Shown here in pieces: positions 25,641 through 38,743 of a stretch of DNA of 64,000 nucleotides. The DNA is taken from positions 498,416,367-498,480,366 of the forward strand of contig NC_058130.1 in NCBI RefSeq assembly GCF_016433145.1, written 5' to 3'. This DNA comes from Gracilinanus agilis (lineage: Eukaryota). The first letter of the stretch is position 1; every line of letters starts with the position of its first letter. A program made the translations under genes and the position numbers. The notes under the pieces are model-generated. The model saw only the letters and a program-made list of their open reading frames with translations. It was not told the DNA's origin and did no database searches.

Positions 25641-26879
25641 GAACCCTATTGATCCAGAGAAATGTTTAAAATCAACAAATCAGAACATTTTAGGTAAAAT
25701 GTTAATCCTGGCACAGTAAAGGAAGGTGGTCAAATACAAAGCTTTTCACCTTTCATAATTCACAAAAGTGAAATTTTCTGATTGCAGACACATTTTGTAA
25801 GATAAGAGAAACCAGAATGGCATAAGCATCATTAAATTAATGAAACCTCATAGATTTCTAAAACTGTGTTTTGCCTTTGGGATGAAATAAAAATCCTAGG
25901 CTAAGTGAATCCTGTGGTTTGTTTTTATTCTTTCTTTTTATGAAATGCAATCAACAGATATACATTATCTGTTCTGGGACTTTATATTCCTATTTTTGAA
26001 AATTTAGTTTGTCAGTGAGGTTTTAAGTTGAAAATCATTTTTTTTTCCTGCTGGTTCTTCAGACACATCCAAAGGACTTAAAGAAATAATGTTCCAACCT
26101 GTATAATGATTACTTTGAAGAACAGGAGAGAAAAAGTGCCCCCTTCTTTGCAGAGGTGGGGATCTATGTGTATGGTACTTTTTATAGACTGTCAGACTTT
26201 GTTGATGTATTACTCTGTTTTTCAGGGCTGTTTGCCATCCCCTTTCCTAGCTCTACCCTCTTTTTATTCTTTATTACACATAATGACTCTGTGGTCAAAG
26301 GGGAGATATATTTAAAATTAAAGAAATACAAAACAGAAAGGTTAATAAGGTATTTGTTTATTTATTATTTATTTTAATTTTATTTTTTAAGAAATCTAAA
26401 ACACATATGTTGAATTGAATGCAAAGAAAGATTTTTAAAAATTGTTGGATGCAAAGGCACCAATACATGTGTGGCAGGTATATCTCTGAAAGAAGACAGC
26501 AAATTATGTAAGTATGTCCTCTCCTCCACAGGTCATCTCCATGTATCTGAAAGTACCAATTATAACAACATACCCCACCAAGTATAATGAAAAGACAGTC
26601 TCTACCTTATCTGTACATCCTCAAGAGATTCCCACCTATTCAAATTACAAAATAATCCTTATAGAAAAAGCAACAGGACAAGGGAGGACTTTGTTTTTGA
26701 TGAAGGGCTATTTCTGCATTCTAGAAATTTTAATTCTGATTCTGAAATGAAGAAAGGCAATTAAAAAACACACACACCTGAAAGAATATTTCAAGCCCAT
26801 AGATTTTAGAAAGGGATATTAAATATTCCAAAGAAAATTATCAATAATGAGGCAGTTAAGTTCACTGAAAGGAGCCCTG

Positions 26880-28600
26880 CCTTCTAAGCCTTAGGGCAGA
26901 AATTGAAACCACATCTGAAACTCTCTCTCCAAAAGAAAAAAAAAAAGAAGTGAGCTGGGAAAAGCACCTGGTCTCAACAATGGTATGGCTGAACTCATAA
27001 AAGAGGCTGGCAATTATGCAGAGAGCTAGTACCCTGTAAAATCCGACAGTGCACATGGAAAAACAGAGGAATGGCCAAAAGCCTGCTACAAATCAAACTG
27101 CATAAATACTACAAAACAAGAGGGGACTCAAAGCAAGAAGGGACCATATATTGGGCCCCAGAAAAGCTCTCTCCTTTTCCATCAATCACATCTATGTCTC
27201 AACTATAGCTATAAATTATTAAGAACACTCTATGTGCAGGAGAGAGGAGACCAAAGAAGAAAGAGGACTTAGAAGTCAAATTATCTAGTTAAGTCCAGTC
27301 ATGGCAATAAACTTGTTCCCCAGCTACAGTTTTGATTTTGCCTGTTATCATTACCTACTTGTGGACATAGATTGCTCAAATCACTTAGGATCTTGAAGAC
27401 CCCAAGTGGCAGGACGTTTTTGCAATTTGTAAATTATATCATGACTCCGTTAAATAGTTTAAAATGATATGATGAAAATTGCTGCATATTGGACTGGCTT
27501 CTTCTATTCATAACATGAGGAGGACTCATGCTCCACAAACACAGTTAAATGACTTGCCCAGGCTCACACAACTAGTAAGTGTCTGAGGCTAGATTTGAAC
27601 TTAGGAAGATGAGTCTTTCTGACTCCTGGTTCAGGGCTCTATCTACAGTACCACTTACATGCCCTGTGAAACTTTATGCATGTCATGTTAGAACTAATTT
27701 AGAAAGAAAAAAAGCTAATTGGTTTTTAACTATTAACAACAAATGAATTTAGTTTACATAGCTTATCTTATTTGAATTGGGGGGGGGTAGTGAAGACAGG
27801 TACCTTTGTATGGCTTTGGGAAGAACAAAAACAAGATGTCTCAGACTCATTGAAGCATCATTGAGGGTGAAGGGATACTTTTCAAGATCTCACAGATAGT
27901 AGGAGACAGGGCTATATTTGAGACCAACTCCTCTGACTTCAGAATCAGTTTTATTCCTGCTATGTCATGCTGCAGCATCATAGAGGTCCCTACACAGGAT
28001 GTATTGCTCCAAAATCCTAACCCAAGTGGTTATTCCATTGATGGGACCAGATCATGAAGATGGCTCTGATGATATTGTCTATTTTAAATCCAGTGAGAGT
28101 AAAGAAGAATTGCTGAGGGGACTCATTGCGCAACACAGAGAGAATGAAGATAAATTTTATTTCTTTCACAGGTTTGTTGATGGCAAGTTATAGCTGCAAA
28201 AAGCTAGAATGGGTTTCTGAGAGAAATTCTGGAAATTCTCAAAGGAGACATTAAAATAATAAGATACCAATCCATCTCACGTAATTTAGGAGCACTGCTG
28301 ACAATGAAGAATTAAGTGACCTCTTTGTAGTCTTTACATGTCTCTGATTCTAGGGTAACTCATATGCTGTTTTGTTTTTAAATGTCTAATATATTTAGGT
28401 CTTGAGGTCTTAAAATATAACAAGAGTGACATTGATCTTCTACAAAGAAAGTCCTCTGATGTCTCGTTGCGCTTGGGAACTGACCCTGTGTTCTTAAAGG
28501 CTGTGACAGTGGAGAATTGTGAGCTTTGGCAGCTTGTATGAAACTGAAATAGCACTGTATATAATTATGGAAATATATTGAGTCTATTTTCTTATGACAA
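26880..28600 (+). mobile_element. Ancient RTE-clade LINE remnant (MamRTE/L4-like), interrupted by a SINE at about 27520-27665
   Basis: Collinear degenerate motifs: KAPGLNNGMAELIKEAG (~26960), WKTEEWPK (~27055), TGCI...QIMKMAL (~27995, RQGC-like), RFVD (~28170, RFADD-like), LKGCDS (~28495, LYGCES-like). Confidence 0.55.
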
Positions 28601-28699
28601 AACTCATGGAGAGGCATATCACTAGCAGGATGAATAAGAGGTGATAAATTGACTATGGCAACCCATGTGAAAAACATAACACCAAAATATATGAACTAG

Positions 28700-29420
28700 C
28701 CTATAGCCTACTCAGCCCACTTCCACTTCTGTAATGAGTATGGTTCTCCCCATTTCAAAACTGCTGACTTCATTCTGTTCCTCCTTATCATTGCCAAAGG
28801 GATTTTTTATAAGTAAGAATCTGACTGTCACTCCTTTACTCAGTGATCTTCTGTGGCTCCCTGCCACCTCTAGGAATACATATAAACTCTTCTCCAAGCT
28901 TTTAAAGTCCTCAATCTGCAATCAACCTTTATTTTTTATATCCTATTTTATTATCCTATGTTAAACCTCTACCCATGATGTGGTCATACTGAACCTTTCT
29001 GTTTTCCTCACACATAGTATCTCTATCTCTATAAGACTCTGAATTGGCCATTTCCCATGCCTGGCACACATTACTTATTTACCTTATTTGGCCTCATAGA
29101 ATTGCCACTTTTCATCAAGATGCAACTCAAACATGACTTTCTATATGAATCTTTTTCTATTTCTCCAACTAATTACCTTGTATTCAAATATCTTGTATTT
29201 ATTGGACGATAAACACAAATATATTATCTGCCTCTATATTTATCCATTATTGATCCACAATCATGCCTATCCTTACTCATTATATCTGTACAAGTTTTCT
29301 TCCTCAATAGAATGTAGTAAACTCCTCATGAACAAATGTTTCATTTTTTAAATCTTTGTATCCTCAGCACTTAATACAGAACTTGGCTTATATTAAGTAT
29401 CATAGTACATATTTATTGAT
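28700..29420 (+). mobile_element. L2 3' fragment
   Basis: ctgactgtcactcctttactcagtgatcttctgtggctccctgcc, ending in atttattgattgact. Confidence 0.75.
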
Positions 29421-29769
29421 TGACTACAGCAAAAAAATGGGATAGAGAATGCTAAGAATTATATAATTTTGGGACTTTCTATAAACATTGAGATTTTTGA
29501 TGATCAAGGAGTGCATGTGCTTATACAGGAACTTAATCATAGCAATCTTGACATTCAAACTATAAGAAAAAAAGGAATTACAGATAAATGGATAGTTTGC
29601 TCACTGGGTTACCTTAGAGGGGAAATCAATGAGTTAGAAGATTTGGTTTTATTATGTAACCTACTCCCTGGAAGTGTAAAAAATTAAAATTAATTTTGGA
29701 GACTTTGTATAAAATTTATAAGTATTTGTTAGTGTAAGGATTAAAAATGAATGGTTTGACTAAAATATA

Positions 29770-30920
29770 TGAAAATTATAAATAATAATGGAGGTCACCA
29801 ATTCAAGGTATTATTGCTCAAAGTCAAAATGACTAATAGCTTTTTATTTACAAAAGAGGTGGGAAGAGTAAAAACAGAGAAATACAAAAGGGTAGAGAAT
29901 ACATTAGCCTGTCTTACTAAATATTGCTCCAGTGCTTGAGTCAGCCAGTACTTATTGACCTTCAACTGGAATTAAACTCTCTCCAGAAGACAGGAAGGGA
30001 AAGCTAGCTATCCACTCACCCAAGTTCCCTCCAAAAGGCAGGTCAAGATGATGACTCCAGCTGAAGGCAACTCCTGAGGCCTACTTTCTTCCTTGATCCA
30101 ACCTTCTTCCTGAAGCTGACTTCTTGAAGTCCAACTCCTTAGAGTCTACTTTTTTAGCCTCAGAAATTCAGAGCCTTTTATAGTGGCTTCTAGTTCCTTC
30201 CCTTTTTCACAAGGGCCAATCACAGCTTCTAAACTGCCCAGCACTCCCGTAGGGGCAGTGTTTGTGGGAATCATTTCTCTCTTTCTGGAGGGGTGAATAC
30301 TCCTCAAGCGTTCATAGATTCCTGACTGACTGAAGGTGTGAATTCTCATTTCCTGGATGATTGAAAGGGTAGAGAGCTCTTCCACCTAGCTAAGCAGGGT
30401 ATTCAAGCTTTTGTTGATTCTATTCAAAAGTAGACAAAGGAGAGTTAATCCTGTCTTCACAATTTAGTGAGGTACTAGGTAGGGGTACTTAAGTTATTGT
30501 TAACCAAAGTAGACAAAGGGAATAAAGGATTCCCTTAAACTCAGAGAGAAAAAAGAATTCCCTTTTACATTAGTAAAGAAAAAAATGGGGAAAGAAGAAG
30601 GTATTACCAGCATAACTACTCAAAATCTCTGGCCTTATTGCAGCAGCATGGGGGCCCAGCTATGGTATGGGTAGGCCAGATAAATTAAGGCCAGTCCAAA
30701 GAGCAGGCTTGAATCCAGGAAAAGACCAGAGCCAAAGAAGTGAATTCCTGCTTGTCCTGGCTGTTATATCTCCTATGATGTTACACCTTTTGATTGGACT
30801 GTCTGGATCATTTGTTCTGATGTCCAGGCATACAATCACTCCGTGTCACTGGAAGTCAGAAATTGCCGGTCACTTAATGTGCATGTGCCAACTGTCAGTT
30901 ATATTTTTATGTTAATTTCA
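29770..30920 (-). mobile_element. Solo ERV LTR (1151 bp)
   Basis: Inverted termini TGAAAATTA...TTAATTTCA. Near-TSD TATA/TACA. Minus-strand TATAAAA (~30177) and AATAAA (~29845). Confidence 0.8.
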
Positions 30921-33029
30921 TACAAAACTCTCAAAATAACAGGAAACATGATTTCTTGTGACATTTGGTCATCATCTATTTCAACATTCATAAATATTTG
31001 CAAAAACACAACATGAAAATAATTGTAGCAAAAGCTTTATTTTGTCCATGACAAGGAATGTGGAAGCAAAGAAATTCTAGGAAATAAGATCTTATGAGTT
31101 ATATAAAATATATTTTGGTTCTTAATGACTTGAATGCAAAGCTTGGAATAGACATGTATAAGAAAAAATACACTGCAAAACATGGATGAATTATAAACAG
31201 TGAGAATGCTAAAGCCTTATGTCACATGTCTTTAACCTAGGTTCTGTGGTTCCTAAGAGGCTCATGGATAGATATCACAGAGTCTTTGAATCTGAATAAG
31301 AAAAAAAAATCTATCTTTAGTTTCATTAATCATTGTTTTTCTTTATTATCCAATGGCTTTTGTCTTATATTTTTAAAGCACTATTCTGAGAATGTACTTA
31401 TAGGCTTCACTAGACTGCCAAAGTGGTTCATGACAACGAATTAAAAATACCTGCCTTATGCCAGCTAATATATCATAATTATTTTGTTTGAGAATAGGAT
31501 CTGATAGCATACTGAGAAAGAACTGATTAATATCACATAGAAAAAAATTGACTATAAATTAGCATATGTGCTTTTAGAACTTTTATTCAGCACTTGTTAT
31601 TTGCCAAGCTTTGTGCTAAGCTATGGAGATATGCAAGAAAGAAAAGAAGAAAGTCTTTACTTTCAAGGATGTGATATTTTAACGGAGAAAGACAAAGCAT
31701 AAAGGGCAGCTGGGAAAGTCTTTGCAAGTGAGGGTAGCCAAATGAGAACAAGGCTGTTGATAAAGAGTCAGAACAGTCCAGAGTTTGAGTGAAGGACTTG
31801 TGCCTCTGATGAAATGTGACTCCAGCCAGAGACACCATTCAGGAGAGCAGACCCCAAAGTAGAGCCAGCCTTAGTCAAGACAACTAGTGAGGACCTGGAG
31901 CAGGCTGGAGAGTGAATTAAGAGAAGCAATGACTCATTTATGGATGAATTACTTCTGACTTGGATGCTTATGAAGATAAAATTATTACAAAGTTAGAAAA
32001 AAGAATAAAAGTGAGAAAAAGATGGTGTGCAACAAAAACAACTCTATCCTGACCTATTCTAATAAGTTATGTGTGATAAAAAATGAAGTATGAATAGATT
32101 CCTTCTTAAGATGCCCTCATGACTATGGTTGGTCTCTATCTTGGTAAGCATAACTCATAGCCGGACCACTTGGCAGCACTATGCCAGAATTCATAAAGTT
32201 TCTTCTCTAAAATCCTTTAATCATTTACAACCGAGGATAGGATGGGCAGATTCCTATAACTAGGATTCCACTGAAGGAACTCTGCAATCTCCCATAGGTC
32301 GTCTACAAAGACCAATTGTGGGTTTTCTAGATAGAGGCTTTAGACCAAGCTGAAGCTAAATAAAGTGTCAGATACATACATACATACACACAGAACATAA
32401 AATAAAGTTAAATACAAATATATAGAAAATAGCTTAACCCAAGTTTATTTAGAGGAAAGGACAGTAGCAATTGAGGGGATCAAGGAAGGCTTCCTGAAGA
32501 AGATGGTTTCTAAGCAACATTTTCATAGAAGAGGAACTCTATGAAGCAGAGATAAGAAGGGAGTGCATTTCAAGCATGGGGGATAACTCATACAAAGTCT
32601 ACATACAGTGTTCTGTGTGAGGAACATAAAGAAAGGGCAGGAAGTCATAGAAGGGTTGAAAGCATACTGTTAGAGGGAATGCCCACATCTTAGTGAAGAT
32701 ATATCTGGAGGAATAATGAAATACTACTATGAAGACTTGGAATGGCACATCTGTGTGTTTCCTCTACCCTTTCTCTATCTTATTCAATGATTTTCCTGTC
32801 ATTATGGCAAAAAAAAGAAAAATTAAAAAAAAACAACACTATTTAAGGAGACCTATGTGTCAAAGTTCTAAAAATGAGCCTTTCAGAGTTAAGCCAGGCT
32901 AATATTTGGATGGAAGACATAAAGATAATTTTAAATGGAAATGCCTGATTGAGGGAGTACCTTGATTAAAACTCCCTTTTGTTGAAGAATTGTCAGTCAA
33001 TTATTTTATGAGTAAACAAACATTTTAGG

Positions 33030-33530
33030 TGATTACTAACTGATAGGCAAAGTGATAAGTACTGAGGATGATACAAAGAAAGGCAAAATAGTCCCTGCCC
33101 TCAAGGAGTTCACATTCCAATGAAGAGGCCAACAGTAGAAAGGTTCATATAAGATATAAATAGATGGAAGGTCATTTCAGGGGGAAGGCACTAGCAGCGG
33201 TGGAGACTAGGAAAACCGTTTTGGAGAAGGTGGGATTTGAGCTGTCTTGAAGGAGGGAAACTAATCAGTCAACAAATTTCAGTGACTGATATCAGATCTT
33301 TCCTGTTTTGACAGGGTAAATGGAGAGAACAGAAAGGCTTTCGTGGTAAGCCTGATATGGTGAAGAATTTTTCCAAGAAGGTAGGGAAAGCATGGAGAAA
33401 GGAAAGGCTGGGGACATGGAAGATAAACTTTGAAGATTTCAGTTTTGTCAAAGGTCAGCTCTATTTTCATTCATCTGGATGGGAACAAAGAGAAGTTGTA
33501 CATGGAGTTATTTTAGTCAAGAGGGACTAT
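33030..33530 (-). mobile_element. L2 3' fragment
   Basis: aaatagtccctgccctcaaggagttcacattcc...ggtgggatttgagctg. Confidence 0.75.
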
Positions 33531-34493
33531 AAAGGTGAAGTTGGCTTCATATTTTTATGAAGCTTTTTGTTTATTTTTTAAACAACCTGGAGCTCATTTC
33601 CCAGTGGATTCATTAATTAAAGCCTCATGGTCCTATATAATAAACATTGTGGGAGTCATAGTTAAAAACTGTTTATTCAGAATTATTGGAATTCTGGGTG
33701 AATTACCAAATTACTAAAAAGTTAGAATTATATAATATTTTAACAAGAAGAAATTTTATGACTTTTACATTAATATGCTAATAAATATTAACTCTTTAAG
33801 TTTCTATACAACTTTAAGGTTTGTGAAAATCTTTTCCTACAATACTTTTGCTAAGTAGGTACTATAGCATAGATATTAATATCACTATTTTTCAAAAAAG
33901 AAAATTAAACAGAATCTGTTTAACATGTTCATGAGATCATACATGTAATGAAAGTCAGAATCAGAACCCATATCTCCTGATGCCAATTTCAGTGCTCTTT
34001 CGATTATGATATATATCCTCTTAATGAATTCATTAGAATTAATGAAACAAAGAATTGTCATTAAGACTGGAAACTTCTGGAGCTGTATAAAATCTCAGCG
34101 TTGTTTTTGGCTGCTAGCTCTCTTCATTAGACAAGTCAATCCATTAAAGGCTTTTAAGGCCTTGATACGAAAGCTATATGCAAGGAAAGGAAGACATCAA
34201 AGATGCAGAGAAACTCTTATATTTGTTGTGGGAATAAATATATATTGGTTAAACTTCAGAATAAAGTTATTAAAATTGGTACTAGCACTGTTTCTATTAT
34301 CTATTATTGGTGTCAAGAACTTATTTAAATAGTTAAAGATTTATTTGTTTCCATGTAAACCAATTTTTTTTCTCATTTTTCTTTTTTCTTTTTTTTTTTT
34401 TTCTCCTACCTTATACATTCTGAATTTTACTCTGACAAGTCCATGGTCTCCTTGTGACATGTCTTTTACTTTCTTTTAAAAATATAATCTATT

Positions 34494-34686
34494 GGGGGCA
34501 GCTGGGTAGCTCAGTGGATTGAGAGCCAGGCCTAGAGACAGGAGGTCCTAGGTTCAAATCCGGCCTCAGACACTTCCCAGCTGTGTGACCCTGGGCAAGT
34601 CACTTGACCCCCATTGCCTACCCTTACCAATCTTCCACCTATAAGTCAATACACTAAAAAGTTAAGGGTTTAAAATTTAAAAAAAG
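34494..34686 (+). mobile_element. Young SINE1_Mdo-type SINE
   Basis: Intact A box (TAGCTCAGTGG) and B box (GGTTCAAATCC). TSD TAATCTATT at 34485-34493 and 34687-34695. Nearly identical to the copy at 52984. Confidence 0.95.
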
Positions 34687-35630
34687 TAATCTATTAAATT
34701 TTGCTGTTATATTATTTGATTCTTACCATGCTGAGTACCTACCATATTTTTTTATTGAAAAAACTGTCCATGATATAAAGACATAAGGGTTATGAGGGCT
34801 CTGTGTGGTCTATAAGTCTTTGACCTCTTTCATTCTTTCTTCTTGAACTATGTTATATTTCTTATTCTCCATTCTCTAAACTTTTCCCACCTTTGTATTT
34901 AAATTAATTTCAGAATGCATGTTGATGTGCTTTGGAGGATCTTACTGAGTTCTTAATTGAATCATTCTACTTCTTCCTTTTAGCAACTAAAGTTGGTGAG
35001 CAAGCTCCAATTGTTTTATTGTTGGTCCTTTTGAAAATATTTATAATGAATATTTCAATACAAGATGTCAAATATCCCATGAATTCATGTTTCTACTTGC
35101 CTTTGGGAAGTATAACAGAAATAACTTGATAACTCCTTTCTTTTCCTCTCCAACCAGTGTCACAAATCAAACTTCCACTTAGCTGCAGTCTTGTTTTTTC
35201 TTAGAGTTTCATTTATGACATTACACCATGATTGCTATGATTAATCTCCTATACTAATAGGTCTACTCACTGATGATTGGATAAGGAGCTCACATTTTAA
35301 GTATCAACAGTAAAATTAAAGTTTATTGATGATCAAAAACAATAATTTGCTACATTTTCTAATAGTCTGACAACATCATTGAAGAAACAGAGTTATGAAT
35401 TGGCATGAAATCCATTTTTATAATTGTCTATGTTTCATGGGTTGCAATGGCCAAACAAAAAAAATCATCACTGAGTTATCAGTTTGCTAGTGATGAGTTT
35501 CTTCATTTCCAACTCTTTAACTAGTCTGATACTATAAAATCCGACTCTGTTGCCAGATTCATATGAATTTTTTTCAGCATTGTATAAATTACTAGAGAAT
35601 CTTTCTTAAGACTAGGCTGAAACTTAAACT

Positions 35631-37826
35631 TGTTTGTAAAATAGTTTGTAATTTAGGTTTTGAAGCATTTTGTGTGCTGCTGCTTAATTATGACTGTATT
35701 AGTGAAGAGAATTCTAACACAAGATAGTATACCAGGTAGGATGAGCTAAGATAATAAAAATGACCATCCTACCCAAATTAATTTACTTATTCAATGCCAT
35801 ACCTATCAAACTACCAAGAAACTTTTTTTACTGAATTAGAAAAAACTATAACAAAGTTCATTTGGAAGAACAAAAGATCAAGAATATTAAGGGAAATAAT
35901 GAAAAAAAATGTCAAGGAAGGTTGCCTAACAGTACCAGATCTTAAACTGTACTATAAAGCAGTGGTCATCAAAAAATATTGTACTGGAGGCTCAGTGGAA
36001 TAGACTTGGGGTAAGTGACATCAGCAAGACAGTCTATGATAAACCCAAAGATCCCCGTTTTGGGGACAAAAACCCACTATTTGACAAAAACTGCTGGGAA
36101 AATTGAAAAACAATATGGGAGAGATTAGGTTTAGATCAACATCTCACACCCTACACCAAGATAAATTCAGAATGGGTGAATGACATGAACATAAAGAAGG
36201 AAACTATAAGAACATAGAATAGTATACCTGTCAGATCTATGGGGAAGGAAAGATTTTAAAACCAAGCAAGAGTTAGAAAATGTTAGAAAATGTAAAATAA
36301 ATAATTTTGATTACATTAAATTAAAATGTTTTTGTACAAACAAAACTGGTGAAATTGAAATTAGAAAGGAATCCACAAATTGGGAAAAAATCTTTATACA
36401 AAAATCTCTGACAAAGGTCTAATTACTCAAATTTATAAGGCACTAAATCAATTGCACAAAAAATCAAGCCATTCCCCAATAGATAAAATTTGGTCAAGGG
36501 ACACGAATAGACAATTTTCAGATACAGAAATCAAAACTATCAGTAAGCACATAAGAAGTGTTCTTAATTTCTTATAATTAGAGAAAAGCAAATCAAAACA
36601 GCTGAGGTACCACCTCACACCCATCAGATTGGCTAACATGACAGCAAAGAAAGTAATAAATGTTGGAGGGGATGTGGCAAAATTGGGACATTAATGCATT
36701 GCTGGTAGAGTTGGGAATAGATCCAACCATTCTGGATGGCAATTTGGAACTATGCCCAAAGGGTGCTAAAAGACTGTCTGCCCTTTGATCCAGCCATACC
36801 ACTGCTGGATTTATACCTCAAAGAGATAATAAGGAAAAAAACATTTATAGCTGTGCTCTTTGTGGTGTCAAATAATTGGAAATGAGGGGATGCCCTCCAA
36901 TTGGGGAATGGCTGAACAAATTTTGGTATCTATTGGTGATGGAATACTATTGTGCTCAAAGGAATAATGAACTGGAGGAATTTCATGTGAATTGGAAAGA
37001 CCTCCAGGAACTGATGCAGAGTGAAAGGAGCAGAACCAGGAGAACCTTACACACAGAGATGGATATACTGTGGCACAATCGAATGTAATGGACTTCTCTA
37101 CTAGCAGCAATGCAATGATCCAGGACAATTTTGAGGGATTTATGAGAAAGGATGCTATCCACATCCAGAGAAAGAACCACGGGAGTAGAAACACAGAAGA
37201 AAAACAGTTAACTACTCAATCACATGGGTCGATGTGGACATGATTGGGGATATAGACTCTAAACGATCACTCTATTGCAAATATTAATAATATGGAAATA
37301 GGTCTTGATCAATGACACATGTAAAACCCAGTGGAATTGCATGTAGGCTATGGGAGGGGATGAGATGAAGGGAGGGAAGGAACATGAATCATGTAACCAT
37401 GGAAAAATATCCTAAATCAATCAATTAAATAAAATTGTTCAACAAAACAAAACAAGATAGCATACCTCTGAGAGGGGCAGCATTTTAGTGAGAGTTTGGA
37501 GGAGGATGGAATCTTTTAGAGACATAAGTAGTGCCAGACTTTCCTGGAGAATGAACCAAATATGAAGGGAGAGACAAAACTTTGAAAGCTTCAGGGATGC
37601 AGGGGAAGTCAGCTTCTTAATATGTCTCTTGATTTCCAGCTTCCCTTTTTAGAGAATTAAGGGAATTTCCTCCATAAATTAGGACCTACATCTTGATTGA
37701 GTGGAATCTCATTTCATTCTCATATCACTGACTATTACATATTTTTCTGTTACAGGCTAATCTACGTAACTTTAAGTTCTGTTTACTATTCGGTTTGAAT
37801 AAACCTGACATGTATATTTTTAGACA
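35631..37826 (+). mobile_element. Solo LTR (about 460 bp net) split by an L1 insertion
   Basis: Start TG at 35631 and end TAGACA at 37826. AATAAA at 37798. The L1 TSD sits inside it. The exact left end is uncertain. Confidence 0.5.
35734..37451 (+). mobile_element. 5'-truncated L1 (ORF2 C-terminus and 3' UTR)
   Basis: [21 protein letters not shown]...[25 protein letters not shown](T/C)ATACC at 35719-35733 and 37452-37466. Confidence 0.95.
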
Positions 37827-37851
37827 ACTTACTACTTGGGGAATGGGTCTT

Positions 37852-38408
37852 TTTATTATTATTATTTATTATTATTATTCCTGTTGACTCCCTAGGAGCA
37901 TAGGGCCGCAACCATCTCACGCCAACGGACTCTGTTCTGGGCAACTTCCCCCAGCTGGGTCCATGTCATTCCGACTGTTTTTGTTTCATTTTCGGCAGAT
38001 CTTCGCTAGGTCTGTTTTGGTCTTCCAACTTTCCTCCTCCCTGAAGGGTTCCAGCTCAATGCTTGTCTGGAAACCGATGACCCTGATGTTGTATCTTTTC
38101 ATCTCATTTGCTACCTGAGCGAGTTTTCCGCTTTCGTATAAGGTTCTTACGTTCCATGTTGCTATTCTGGTTTTTGCCTTGGTCATCAGAAGATTTATCA
38201 GCGAGCTAGCTTCCCAGAGGCTTTCACCAGCACGCGTCATGGACTCTGTTGGAGAGCAATCCTCCAGACTAGGTGATCGTCGGTTTTGTTGGTTTGGTGA
38301 GGTTGTGGTTTCTATAGCAAATGTGATTTTTTACGGGATGGGGTTGCTAGCCCCACGCCCAACCCTCCTCCTTTTTCAGCCGGGCTTGGGACCGTCCTTG
38401 GCGGAGTT
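37852..38408 (-). mobile_element. Young internally deleted, non-autonomous RTE element (557 bp)
   Basis: RTE-type 5' UTR (GGAGGAGGGTTGGGCGTGGGGCTAGCAACCCCATCCCGTAAAA). Endonuclease N-terminus RIATWNVRTLYESGKLAQV fused to the ORF C-terminus ALSWNPSGRRKVGRPKQT...AQNRVRWR. (AAT)n tail. Perfect TSD GGAATGGGTCTT at 37840-37851 and 38409-38420. Confidence 0.92.
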
Positions 38409-38660
38409 GGAATGGGTCTTGGACTAAACAAATTTGAAACAGTTCCTTATATATCTTGGAAATAAGACCTTTATCAGAGAAATTTGCTGCAAAAATTATT
38501 TTCTGTACTAATTGTTTCCCTTTTAGTTTTAGTTTTATTGGATTTCTGATCAAAATTATCCATTTTGTCTTCTGTGATCCTCTCTACCCATTGTTTGGTG
38601 ACAAACTTTTCTTCTAACTCTATATCCTATATATCAGATGATAGGTATATCTAGATTTAT

Positions 38661-38669
38661 TTGGATATC

Positions 38670-38743
<74 letters not shown>

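Noticed and set aside
28397-28535. Candidate plus-strand exon GLEVLKYNKSDIDLLQRK...
   Set aside because: The peptide is unrecognised, and the segment fits better as part of the collinear RTE remnant (GCDS motif in another frame).
30146-30385. 79-aa ORF MEELSTLSIIQEMRIH...
   Set aside because: It lies wholly within the solo LTR 29770-30920 and has no recognisable domain.
34494-34570. tRNA-like A and B boxes (also at 52986 and other SINE heads)
   Set aside because: These are SINE heads followed by CORE and tail, with no complete cloverleaf.
35794-37194. Cluster of ORFs of 65-108 aa
   Set aside because: Frameshifted L1 ORF2 remnants and their antisense frames.
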